Virus record (IMG/VR): IMGVR_UViG_3300035696_000024 | Span: 1-64,000 of that record | Strand: one strand, 5' to 3' | DNA: 64,000 nucleotides | Origin: a virus | In this document: in pieces, positions 17,916 through 26,719 of the stretch | How the letters are laid out: each line of letters starts with the position of its first letter | Position numbering within the stretch: the first letter of the stretch is position 1 | Program-made: the position numbers and the translations under genes | Notes under the pieces: model-generated | Database searches by the model: none | What the model saw: only the letters and a program-made list of their open reading frames with translations | Told to the model about the DNA's origin: nothing

Positions 17916-18617
17916 ATGAAAAAACAATTGCTTGAAAAAATTTTAAGTGAGGTTTCATTGGACCATAGAGTAGGCGATGGAATATTCAACATTGAAGAAG
18001 ATAGCCATATGGAAGCTTTGCGTGATTATCTTACCAAAAAAGGTATTGATGAAGAATCAGTTAAAGAGTTTTCCAACAAGGTTTTGGAGGGAAAATATCC
18101 TGAAAGACAAGCCTATAATGCCAAAGGTATTTTAGTTACATTCCCCACACCTGAATATAAACAGGCAGCCATTAAACGTGGTACCCATTTTGAGGATGAC
18201 CCAACCAGAAAAGCATCAAATATTTTTTCTGAACCTTCTGCACCATCCTCTCCCGAAGAGAAAAAACCTGTTGCGGAACCAGAAAAGAAATCAAAGACAG
18301 AACCAAAGACCAATCTTCCTGTTTCTCAAGCTGCACCACCGTCTGATGCTGCTGCGACTACAGAACCTTCCGTTCAAGCCAAAACCACTGCCGCTCCACA
18401 ACAAACACCTTCGTCAACACCAGCAGCCGAACCAACAGCAAAGGAACCAAATGAGTTACCTTTGCCACCACAAAAATCTCCTGCAGAAAAAGAAGCTGAC
18501 AAAACCGCCATCAAAGCAATGTTGAAAGGTGATGATTACATGCTGGATGAAGTAGTCCAGTATGTAATGTTTAATGCCCCGCCATACATGATAGATAAAA
18601 TCAAAAAATTATTATGA
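17916..18617 (+). CDS. hypothetical late protein with Pro/Ala/Thr-rich linker
   Basis: 233 aa. TATTTATA at 17895-17902 upstream, N-terminal LLEKILSE motif. Confidence 0.7.
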   Translation: MKKQLLEKILSEVSLDHRVGDGIFNIEEDSHMEALRDYLTKKGIDEESVKEFSNKVLEGKYPERQAYNAKGILVTFPTPEYKQAAIKRGTHFEDDPTRKASNIFSEPSAPSSPEEKKPVAEPEKKSKTEPKTNLPVSQAAPPSDAAATTEPSVQAKTTAAPQQTPSSTPAAEPTAKEPNELPLPPQKSPAEKEADKTAIKAMLKGDDYMLDEVVQYVMFNAPPYMIDKIKKLL

Positions 18618-19009
18618 ACGACAAGAGACAGTTGTTATGCACGTTCTCTTTAGCTACATCTTTCAAACCAACAATAGAAGAAATCAGAAAATTTTACACC
18701 GTTTACAACAACTGTTTTTTCGTTTTCTCTAATGTCACTGTTCCTAAAGAAGTGTTCATCACTTACAATATATTAAGTCAAAGTAAAGAGTTTCCCAAGT
18801 TTCTAAATACAATTTCCATCCACAGAAAGAAACAAACCAATACTCTTTATACTCTGAACGCTATGAATCAAATTATTAAGGACGAAAATGGGGGAGTATT
18901 TGACAAGAAATTTTCCGTGAATTGGAATCTCTACGCAAATTCTTTGATTATTACTGGCAATCCTTCAATTAGAATAATTCCCATCAAACTTTTGGAAATA
19001 GTGAATTAA
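18614..19009 (+). CDS. conserved phage hypothetical protein
   Basis: 131 aa with LLCTF...TISIHRKKQTNTLYTLNAMN. ATGA-coupled to the upstream gene. Confidence 0.7.
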   Translation: MNDKRQLLCTFSLATSFKPTIEEIRKFYTVYNNCFFVFSNVTVPKEVFITYNILSQSKEFPKFLNTISIHRKKQTNTLYTLNAMNQIIKDENGGVFDKKFSVNWNLYANSLIITGNPSIRIIPIKLLEIVN

Positions 19010-19050
19010 GAAAACGCAAAAAAATAAAAATTTTTTTCGCTTTTTATAGG

Positions 19051-19090
19051 TTGATTTTTGAGAAGTTTGAGTGTATCTTTCATACTTATT
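19051..19090 (+). promoter_or_regulatory. tandem early (TTGATT-17-TATCTT) and late (TACTTATT) promoter candidates for SSB
   Basis: Both elements lie in the 160-nt intergenic region before 19171. Confidence 0.45.
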
Positions 19091-19170
19091 AGTAACAAGA
19101 CAAGATTTAACGAATTATAGTTAATGATTGACTTTTAGCTAATTAAACTAATTAAACGAAAGATATAATT

Positions 19171-20145
19171 ATGGCACTTAACTTCGAAAAAGTAAATGCG
19201 TTTCGAAATAAACTCGCATCAAAAACCGGTAAAAAACTCACCGAAGCACAACAAGAACGAATCGAAAAAATCAAAAAATATATTTGGAAGCCTGAACCGG
19301 GCAAACAAGTAGTTCGAATTGTTCCTTATCAATATTCACCTGATTTTCCATTTATTGAATTGAAGTGGCACTATGACTTTAATGGAGACAAGGTAAGTTA
19401 TCTAAGCCCAGCAAGCGTCAACAAGGCGGACCCAATCGTAGAATTGGCTCAGCGACTTGAAAAAGTAAGAGAAACTTGGGCTAAGGGTAGAAAAATGCAA
19501 CCAAAACTGAGGACTTATGTTCCCATTATTGTTCGTGGAAAAGAAGAAGAGGGAGTCAAGTTCTGGGGATTTGGTAAACGAGTGTGCGACCAATTGACAG
19601 CAGCTATCAGTGAACCGGATTATGGTGATATCACAGATTTAAACAATGGATATGACATTACGGTTGATTTCAAAACTGCTGAAGAATTGAACGCAGATTT
19701 CCCTGACACCAAAATTCTCATTAAACCAAAACCACGTCCGGTGATTGACCCTGACAATCCAAAAGCCAAAGAAATCATGGAACTCATTACCAAGGGACAA
19801 CCAGATATTTACGATATCTATGAACCTGCTTCTTATGAGGAATTGGCAGCGGCTCTTGAGATTAAATTGGAGAGTGAACGCAAGGGCGTGAGTTCTGCTT
19901 CGTCTCCGCGTGGTGCAGAAAGAACAACATCAGCTCCAACTTCTGAAACGGAAGAGGATGATGAAACGGTTGTTCTTCCTACCGAAGAGGAAATTGCCGC
20001 ACACACTCCGCCTGCACCAGTGGCCGAAGTGGTTGCTGCTCCAGCAAAACCTGCTAATGTTTCACCTTCTGCTCAAAAGTCGAAGAAAGCAAGTGTGCAG
20101 GATTTCGAAGCAACATTCAAAGATATCTTCCCTGACAAGAAGTAA
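19171..20145 (+). CDS. single-stranded DNA-binding protein (T4 gp32-like)
   Basis: WKPEPGKQVVRIVP, PFIELKWHY, GVKFWGFGK, DYGDITDLNNGYDI and a flexible acidic tail. Confidence 0.85.
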   Translation: MALNFEKVNAFRNKLASKTGKKLTEAQQERIEKIKKYIWKPEPGKQVVRIVPYQYSPDFPFIELKWHYDFNGDKVSYLSPASVNKADPIVELAQRLEKVRETWAKGRKMQPKLRTYVPIIVRGKEEEGVKFWGFGKRVCDQLTAAISEPDYGDITDLNNGYDITVDFKTAEELNADFPDTKILIKPKPRPVIDPDNPKAKEIMELITKGQPDIYDIYEPASYEELAAALEIKLESERKGVSSASSPRGAERTTSAPTSETEEDDETVVLPTEEEIAAHTPPAPVAEVVAAPAKPANVSPSAQKSKKASVQDFEATFKDIFPDKK

Positions 20146-20201
20146 ATTGAATAAAATAAGTTGATAATCACCTGTTTTGGTGTATCATTGGAATAACTGA
20201 T

Positions 20202-20612
20202 ATGGCTAACAAGGAATATCATAAAGAATGGTACGCCAAAAACAGAAAGAAAAGGGTTATTTCGGCAAGGTTGTACCGAAAAACACATCAATATAAAGAA
20301 TGGAATAAACGATATAAGAAAAAGCACAAGAAAAAGATGACGGAATATATAAAGTTTTGGAATATTAAAAGAAAATACGGTCTATCTAAAATAGATTATA
20401 GTAGTCTGCTAAAGAAACAAAATTATAACTGTGCTGTTTGTGAAACCCCTTTATCTACAAACACAAAAAAGATTCATATAGACCACTGCCATTTATCTGG
20501 AAAAGTTAGAGGTATTGTTCATCAAGAGTGTAATCATTTGCTTGGTCTTTCAAAAGATAATGTAGAGTTGTTAAAGAAAGCAATAAAATATATACAAAAA
20601 TATTCAAAATAA
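20202..20612 (+). CDS. endonuclease VII-family HNH nuclease
   Basis: KYGLS..Y..LL..Q...CAVC...HIDHCHLSGKVRGIVHQECNHLLG. Confidence 0.85.
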   Translation: MANKEYHKEWYAKNRKKRVISARLYRKTHQYKEWNKRYKKKHKKKMTEYIKFWNIKRKYGLSKIDYSSLLKKQNYNCAVCETPLSTNTKKIHIDHCHLSGKVRGIVHQECNHLLGLSKDNVELLKKAIKYIQKYSK

Positions 20613-20618
20613 TAAGTT

Positions 20619-20939
20619 ATGAAAACAAAAACATCAACATGGAAATCCATTCAAAAAGCCGGTAATAAAATATCATTAGATGCATTTGAAGAACAAAAAA
20701 TGCTTACTGCATCACAAGCTCAAGAAAATGTTAAAAAGGTTGGTGGTGCGATGAAATCTATTCTTAAAGATATAAATCAAAACGTTATATATTTTTCGGA
20801 ACGAGGATATACGAAACTTTGTTATTCTTTGTGTCAAGTGAACAAAGAACTAAAATCTGAAATAGTAACCAAATTAAAAAATCTTGGTTATAAAGTTGAT
20901 AGTGATGATTTGGGATTGGTAGTAAATATTTCTTGGTAA
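20619..20939 (+). CDS. hypothetical protein
   Basis: 106-aa ORF in a tightly packed operon. Confidence 0.6.
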   Translation: MKTKTSTWKSIQKAGNKISLDAFEEQKMLTASQAQENVKKVGGAMKSILKDINQNVIYFSERGYTKLCYSLCQVNKELKSEIVTKLKNLGYKVDSDDLGLVVNISW

Positions 20940-20942
20940 GTT

Positions 20943-21155
20943 ATGAATAAGAACACATTTAAATTTCTATTTGGAAATAAAAGAGTAACATATTCCCCAA
21001 AAGAAGATATTACGCCATATGAAGTTGCAAAGTGTATGGAAATAATGTTGGAAAAAACAGGGCTTGGCTTTCAAAAAGTAATGGGTACTCATGAAACGTG
21101 GGAAATTATACAGTCTTATTCAAGTAATATTAGTCGTCACTTTAGAATAGAATAA
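20943..21155 (+). CDS. hypothetical protein
   Basis: 70-aa ORF that fills the gap exactly (YSPKEDITPYEVA). Confidence 0.55.
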   Translation: MNKNTFKFLFGNKRVTYSPKEDITPYEVAKCMEIMLEKTGLGFQKVMGTHETWEIIQSYSSNISRHFRIE

Positions 21156-21160
21156 AATTT

Positions 21161-22312
21161 ATGGCAAAAGGAAAATCTGTTCATGTAGAAGGTGAAGTTG
21201 ACAAAGTTCAAAAGGTGGAAAGAAGTGAACTTGCTGAACTTATTGTAAAAACAATGAACAAGTCGCAGACTGATGGTAGTCGTGTGGCGTATTTTTTGGA
21301 TGAACAGGAAGACCCTTCAATGGTTTCCGATTGGATTTCCACTGGTTCCAGCCTGCTCGATTTAGCTATTTCAAATAGAAAAAATGGTGGTTTGCCTGTA
21401 GGAAGAATCGTTGAATTACACGGACTTGAAAGCACAGGTAAGTCTCTTATTTGCGCACATATTATAGCTAACACTCAAAAAATGGGTGGAAAAGCTGTGT
21501 TTATAGACACTGAAAATGCAGCTGCACCTGAATTTTGGAAAGCAGTAGGGGTTGATATTAAAGAAATGGGTTATGCCACCCTGTTTACTGTGGAAGAAGT
21601 TTTCTCCAAAATTGAAGAAGTTATAGGCGCAGTAAGAAAAACCAACGGCGATGTATTGTTGACTATTGTGGTTGATTCTCTTTCTCAAGCTTCCTGTGAA
21701 ACAGAAATGGAATCAAAACACGGTAAAGATGGATATAATACTTCAAAAGCTATTATTATCAGCAAAGCTTGCAGAAAAATTACAGGTCTTATCGGAAGAC
21801 AGAGAGTTTTGATTGTATTCACCAATCAGCTTCGCATGAATCTAAATGCTGTAAAATTTGGTGATAAATGGATTGTTCCGGGTGGCAAGGCGATGGCTTT
21901 CGCTTCATCCGTTCGTGTTCGCCTTGGCAACACAGGTGCTTTGAAAAAAGGTAACAAGATTATAGGTAACAACTGCAAGGCCGTCGTAACCAAAAATAGA
22001 ATGGGGCCGCCAAAAAGAAGTGCTTTGTTTGAAATCCATTTTGATTCAGGTATTCAAGACTTGAAAAGTTGGTTGGATTTTATGAAGGAATGTGGTATTG
22101 CCAAAAAAGTTGATGATAAATATAACATCAAACTTCCGTCTGACACGATTAAAGTTACCGTACCTGAATTTGTTGAAAAAATAAATACCGACCAAAAATT
22201 CAAAGATGAAGTTTATGATGCTATAGCCAACGAATACATCATGAAGTATCGTGACCCCAATTCTCAAATTCAAGAGGATGTTGAAGTGGACGAGAACGCT
22301 GAGGAAGATTAA
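21161..22312 (+). CDS. uvsX: RecA/UvsX recombinase
   Basis: ISTGSSLLD, GGLPVGRIVEL, Walker A GLESTGKS, FIDTENA, IVVDSL, FTNQLR and PGGKAMAFASSVR. Confidence 0.93.
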   Translation: MAKGKSVHVEGEVDKVQKVERSELAELIVKTMNKSQTDGSRVAYFLDEQEDPSMVSDWISTGSSLLDLAISNRKNGGLPVGRIVELHGLESTGKSLICAHIIANTQKMGGKAVFIDTENAAAPEFWKAVGVDIKEMGYATLFTVEEVFSKIEEVIGAVRKTNGDVLLTIVVDSLSQASCETEMESKHGKDGYNTSKAIIISKACRKITGLIGRQRVLIVFTNQLRMNLNAVKFGDKWIVPGGKAMAFASSVRVRLGNTGALKKGNKIIGNNCKAVVTKNRMGPPKRSALFEIHFDSGIQDLKSWLDFMKECGIAKKVDDKYNIKLPSDTIKVTVPEFVEKINTDQKFKDEVYDAIANEYIMKYRDPNSQIQEDVEVDENAEED

Positions 22313-22316
22313 TATT

Positions 22317-22643
22317 ATGAAAATTAAAGACATAGAATACAAATTCAACCCATACAGGGCTGCAGCAGGTGGTCAATACACTCTTTCTTTTAACAAGAAA
22401 GAAACGTTGGAAGCTCTGGAAAAAATGAAGTCGAAATTAATTGAGTTGAAAAATAAATATCCATCCTTAAAAAATCTTGATTTGAATTTGTATGGAACCA
22501 GAGCATATCTGTGCTGGAACAGAGATTATGACAAGGAAGAACGTCAAAAGATTAAGGAACACGTTAAAAAAGAAAAGGAAAAGTGGAAAAAGACTCATAT
22601 TAGAGACGTTAAAAAAGAAGCAAAAAAATTGGGTATTATATGA
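22317..22643 (+). CDS. hypothetical protein
   Basis: Basic ORF with its ATG at 22317, just after the uvsX stop. Confidence 0.55.
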   Translation: MKIKDIEYKFNPYRAAAGGQYTLSFNKKETLEALEKMKSKLIELKNKYPSLKNLDLNLYGTRAYLCWNRDYDKEERQKIKEHVKKEKEKWKKTHIRDVKKEAKKLGII

Positions 22644-22870
22644 GTAAACCAGTAACATGTGAAAAATGTGGTGGTATCAAAGCTGGAACAGAAAGATGGT
22701 ACACGCCGGCAGCAATGATATGTGGTGGTCATCCAATGCAAGTTGATGAATTGGATGAAATTTTTTCAGACGAATTGAGCATCAATGACCGCCTTTTAAT
22801 ACTTGACATGGATAAACATCTATCGAGGCAAGTCAAACTTGGTGAATTAATTAAATTTATTAAAAAATGA
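22640..22870 (+). CDS. hypothetical protein (CxxC)
   Basis: 76 aa, ATGA-coupled on both sides. Confidence 0.55.
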   Translation: MSKPVTCEKCGGIKAGTERWYTPAAMICGGHPMQVDELDEIFSDELSINDRLLILDMDKHLSRQVKLGELIKFIKK

Positions 22871-23181
22871 AAACAGGAATAGAAATAATAGCAGAAGAAC
22901 GCCAGCGACAAATTACAGTCGAAGGCTGGACGGCTGAACACGACAGCCAGCATACGCGCGGAGAATTAGCCTTTGCAGCAAAATCATACGCTGAACATGC
23001 TGCATGTCAATCTGCGGCAAAAGAACAATTTGCAGGAGTGCAAACTGATTATCATCCGCAATGGTGGCCTTGGGATATGAAATGGTGGAAACCATCAACA
23101 GACCCCATTAGAAATCTTGCCAAAGCTGGTGCTTTGATAGCTGCTGAAATTGACAGGCTTCAACGATTGAATAATGGATAA
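22867..23181 (+). CDS. conserved phage protein of unknown function
   Basis: AEERQRQITVEGWTAEHD...GELAFAA...WWPW...RNLAKAGALIAAEIDRL, a widespread phage family motif. Confidence 0.75.
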   Translation: MKTGIEIIAEERQRQITVEGWTAEHDSQHTRGELAFAAKSYAEHAACQSAAKEQFAGVQTDYHPQWWPWDMKWWKPSTDPIRNLAKAGALIAAEIDRLQRLNNG

Positions 23182-24232
23182 AAATCAGGATATATTTTCT
23201 ATTTGGGAAAACCTCAAAGCAGAAAAGAAATTGGCCAATGAAAAGGGGTTGGGTGCGGCAATCAAAAAAGAAGTTTTGATTGTGGATGGAACGAATACTT
23301 TTTTGCGTTGTTTTGCTGCCATTCCCACACTTAATGAAGATGGATTACATACGGGTGGTATTTCTGGCTTTTTGAAAAGTGTTGGTCATGCAATCAAACA
23401 ATTTCAACCTGACAGATGTGTAATCGTTTTTGATGGGGTTGGTGGTTCCATGAAACGTCGAAAGATTTTTTCAGAATACAAGGAACATAGAAAAACAAAA
23501 GTCCGCCTTAATAGAATCTATGAAGATACATCATTGGGTGATGAAGATATTTCTCTAAAAAAACAATTTCAACGATTGGTGGTGTATTTGCAAAGTCTCC
23601 CTGTAAATGTAATTGCTCTTGATAATGTTGAAGCTGACGATACGATTGCTTATTTAGCTTTGGATTCTTTTAAAGATTGGAATTCAATAATCATGTCATC
23701 TGACAAGGATTTTTTACAAATAGTAAACGACCATGTTAAAGTCTGGAGTCCTACTAAAAAACGTATATACGGGCCTCAAGACGTGTTAAATGAATATGGG
23801 GTCAGTTCTCAAAATTTTGTCTATTTCAGAACATTGTCAGGCGACGTGTCAGACAACGTGCCGGGCGTCCGTGGATGCGGCCTAAAGACGGTTGTGAAGG
23901 CGTTTCCCATGTTGGGTGGGGATGGGGTGGATTTGAAGGTTTTACACGACCATTCTGTTGAATCTGGTAATAAATTAAAGGTTTATGACGCCATTGTTCA
24001 GAATTGGACAGACGTTGAAAGAAATTATGCTTTGATGCAGTTAACAGATACAGCGTTAACCACTATGGCCCAATTACATGTGAAAGAAGTTCTGGATAAT
24101 CCCATTCCAAAACTTAACAGGTTTGAATTGATAAGACAAATGAGTTCAGATAATTTAACAAATACCATTTACAACTTACCAAGTTGGATAACCGAATGTT
24201 TTGATAAGTTGAATAATTTTGTGAGAAGTTAA
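23174..24232 (+). CDS. 5'-3' exonuclease / RNase H (T4 rnh, PolI N-terminal-like)
   Basis: LIVDGTN, VFDGVGGS..RR...YK..R, EADDTIA, SSDKDFLQ and GDVSDNVPGVRGCG. Confidence 0.92.
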   Translation: MDKNQDIFSIWENLKAEKKLANEKGLGAAIKKEVLIVDGTNTFLRCFAAIPTLNEDGLHTGGISGFLKSVGHAIKQFQPDRCVIVFDGVGGSMKRRKIFSEYKEHRKTKVRLNRIYEDTSLGDEDISLKKQFQRLVVYLQSLPVNVIALDNVEADDTIAYLALDSFKDWNSIIMSSDKDFLQIVNDHVKVWSPTKKRIYGPQDVLNEYGVSSQNFVYFRTLSGDVSDNVPGVRGCGLKTVVKAFPMLGGDGVDLKVLHDHSVESGNKLKVYDAIVQNWTDVERNYALMQLTDTALTTMAQLHVKEVLDNPIPKLNRFELIRQMSSDNLTNTIYNLPSWITECFDKLNNFVRS

Positions 24233-24234
24233 AT

Positions 24235-24272
24235 AAAAAAGGCGTTAAAGATTTTGCTCTCTAACGCCTTTT
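24235..24272. terminator. bidirectional terminator between convergent genes
   Basis: AAAAAAGGCGTTA...TAACGCCTTTT stem flanked by A and T tracts. Confidence 0.7.
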
Positions 24273-24288
24273 GTGTGAAATTTAATTA

Positions 24289-25263
24289 TTAACCATTCCA
24301 ATTTTTGGGTGGTTGAGCATATCCACTTGGAAAACTTTGTGGTAAGTTGGTGGATAGTTTATTTGTAATGGGAACGCCCATGTTGATTAAAGCTTCTCTT
24401 GAAGCATAGTAGATGTCAAACGAATGAGCTAAACATCCACGGTCAAATGTAACATTGTAAACTTTACTGTATTCTTTTCTACCCCATTCTGTACCCATAT
24501 CAAACGATAGTTCTTTCTCTGATTCAAAAAAATCACAAGAATCTTCACTATAACCATTTAAGTTTTGGCCGCAATCTTTAAATGCGGTAGTATTACTACC
24601 GCCTTTGGTTGCACCTACTGGAGCTGCTGCACAAGCAGTTGATATGTTGAATATGTTGAATATATCTGATGTGCCAGCATTGTTACAGGTGTAGTTAACG
24701 TTAGATGTATAAGTCGAAGGAATGTTACCTGCTGATAATCCTTTTCCGCCTCCGCTTATTAGTCCTCCACAACTGTAGGAAGCAGTAATGTTATTACCAC
24801 AAGTATTCCATGTAGTCCACGTATAAGGAGGCCACGGTTGAAGATATGGAGGATTGTTGATGATTGTTGTGGTCACAATAGGTTCTTTTTCATAGAAAAT
24901 TCTAAGACCAATCACACCACAATTCTTTTCAGAACCATCTTCCTTGGATTGTGCGTAGGTGTTTCCATAAAATTTATAACCAAATTTAAACATGGCCCAT
25001 TCATCATCTGAAAATCTAAATCCCTTTATTTTTTCAGAGGAATATGCACCAATGATGTAGCCTGTGTCTGTATCTGATGCAGCTTTGCCTGTGAGAACGT
25101 TTAGTCCATCTACTGAACCTACTGCAAGAACTCTCTTACCATAATTGTTTTTGATTTCTATTACATATTCAGAGCCATTTTTAGCTTCAATGTATGTTTT
25201 ACCTTGATGTTGGTATTGTTTGCAACGGTTGCCGTTGACTAGGATATTGAGGTCGAAACTCAT
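24289..25263 (-). CDS. conserved hypothetical protein (beta-sandwich-like N-terminus)
   Basis: 324 aa with YIEAKNGSEYVIEIKNN..RVLAVGSVDGLNVLTG, CGVIGLRIFYEK, MGTEWG and YYASREALINMGV. Confidence 0.75.
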   Translation of the reverse strand: MSFDLNILVNGNRCKQYQHQGKTYIEAKNGSEYVIEIKNNYGKRVLAVGSVDGLNVLTGKAASDTDTGYIIGAYSSEKIKGFRFSDDEWAMFKFGYKFYGNTYAQSKEDGSEKNCGVIGLRIFYEKEPIVTTTIINNPPYLQPWPPYTWTTWNTCGNNITASYSCGGLISGGGKGLSAGNIPSTYTSNVNYTCNNAGTSDIFNIFNISTACAAAPVGATKGGSNTTAFKDCGQNLNGYSEDSCDFFESEKELSFDMGTEWGRKEYSKVYNVTFDRGCLAHSFDIYYASREALINMGVPITNKLSTNLPQSFPSGYAQPPKNWNG

Positions 25264-25357
25264 ATTTTCTTATCTTTCTTTTAGTTGTTTATTCTAAACT
25301 CAAGCGGCTCATACAGCCGATTTCGTATGACCATATATAGGAAACTGTGGAAAAAAA

Positions 25358-26608
25358 CTAATTTTTTAATTGTTTTTGTTTTGCTAATTTTCTATAAAGC
25401 ACATGCTGTTTTTTAATTATATTTGAACACCTTTTACAGATGGTTAATTTTTTCCCCTCTGGAGTTACGTAAAGAGGATTTTTATGACATATTGTGCATA
25501 TATTTTTCTTTAAATATTCAAGACGTTTCGATTTAGCGTATGCGCTTTGTAATTCTGCGCAATCTGCACAGAATCGTAATCGCTTTCCACTGGGGAGAAG
25601 AACCCCTTGCTTTTGCCTACAACGGAGGCAAAGTCCTTTATCTATCAATCCTTGAACCAAATCACGTCTTTGTTTGAGATGTTTTGTGCAATATGTTTTT
25701 GTCGTTCCGTCTTTATTTTTTTCGGCAGGTTCGCCACACTCCCCACATAGTCCTTGTGCTATTCTTGCAGCTCTGCGTTTTTTTATGTAGAAAGCCAATT
25801 TTTGATTAGGCGTCATTGTTTTAAGTAATTCTATTTCTTTTGGAGTTAAAGTATAACCTTTTGGTGTTCTCGGTTTCTTTGCACTTGTTGTTGGTTGAAT
25901 TATCTTGGTTGTTGCAGGTTGTATTTTTGATGAGGTTGTTGTTCTTAAAATTGGTGCTATTTTGTTTGGAAACATTTGCAAAAATCTACGAGTGTCATCA
26001 CTAAAGTCTTCCATGTGCATTTCGGTTATAGGACTTGACTCTTCAATTTCATAACCAGACCAATGTAATTTAGCTTTGCGTTGTCTCTCCACTTCTTTTT
26101 TTAGGTCGTTACATTTTTTACAAAACAATGTTTGTCTGCCCTTTTCATTTTTTTCAGCAGGTTCTTTTTTACATCGGAGACAAAGACCTTGTGCTAATGC
26201 TTGAAGTCTTAACGTTTCAAGTTCATCTATGCATTTTTGACAAAGTTTTTTACCCGGTAACGGTGGGTTTGGACATCTACTGCAAGATTTTCTTTTTCTG
26301 ACAAGCCGATTTCTGGCGTCCCTAAATGCTTGAAGACACACATCACAATATACAGCCCTTGTTCCATCTGGTTTTATTCTTGTAAAATTTTCACCACATT
26401 GAATACAAAGTCCTTTAGCTTTTCTTGCTTGATGAAGTTTTTTTGTTGCAAACGCCTGTCTTTGTCTAAGCGTCATGTTCCTTAAAGATAACTCTTCTTC
26501 CGGAGTTAATGTATATTCCGTGCTCGTTGGGTCGCCTACACTTCTATTGTAAATTCTAGCTTCCTCTATTGCTTCTCTGACAAGTTGCTTTACATCCTCT
26601 TTGGTCAT
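25358..26608 (-). CDS. Cys-rich multi-zinc-ribbon protein built from two duplicated halves
   Basis: 416 aa with six CxxC...Cxx[C/H] units and two YTLTP.E...L..MT..Q repeats. TATTTATA lies 3 nt upstream on the minus strand. Confidence 0.75.
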   Translation of the reverse strand: MTKEDVKQLVREAIEEARIYNRSVGDPTSTEYTLTPEEELSLRNMTLRQRQAFATKKLHQARKAKGLCIQCGENFTRIKPDGTRAVYCDVCLQAFRDARNRLVRKRKSCSRCPNPPLPGKKLCQKCIDELETLRLQALAQGLCLRCKKEPAEKNEKGRQTLFCKKCNDLKKEVERQRKAKLHWSGYEIEESSPITEMHMEDFSDDTRRFLQMFPNKIAPILRTTTSSKIQPATTKIIQPTTSAKKPRTPKGYTLTPKEIELLKTMTPNQKLAFYIKKRRAARIAQGLCGECGEPAEKNKDGTTKTYCTKHLKQRRDLVQGLIDKGLCLRCRQKQGVLLPSGKRLRFCADCAELQSAYAKSKRLEYLKKNICTICHKNPLYVTPEGKKLTICKRCSNIIKKQHVLYRKLAKQKQLKN

Positions 26609-26719
26609 GAATATAAATATACTTAAAATAAGTGTGTGGTGAATTAAAAAAGGGATGAATTGGTATAAAAAGTTTACTATTTAGGGCCATAGTGTAAAGT
26701 ACCGGAACAAATAAAATAT

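Noticed and set aside
25304-25331. Hammerhead ribozyme or H-type pseudoknot (GAAA...CTGTATGA)
   Set aside because: The core is not CUGANGA with three stems, and a pseudoknot would need a zero-length loop 3. Kept only as alternative hairpins.
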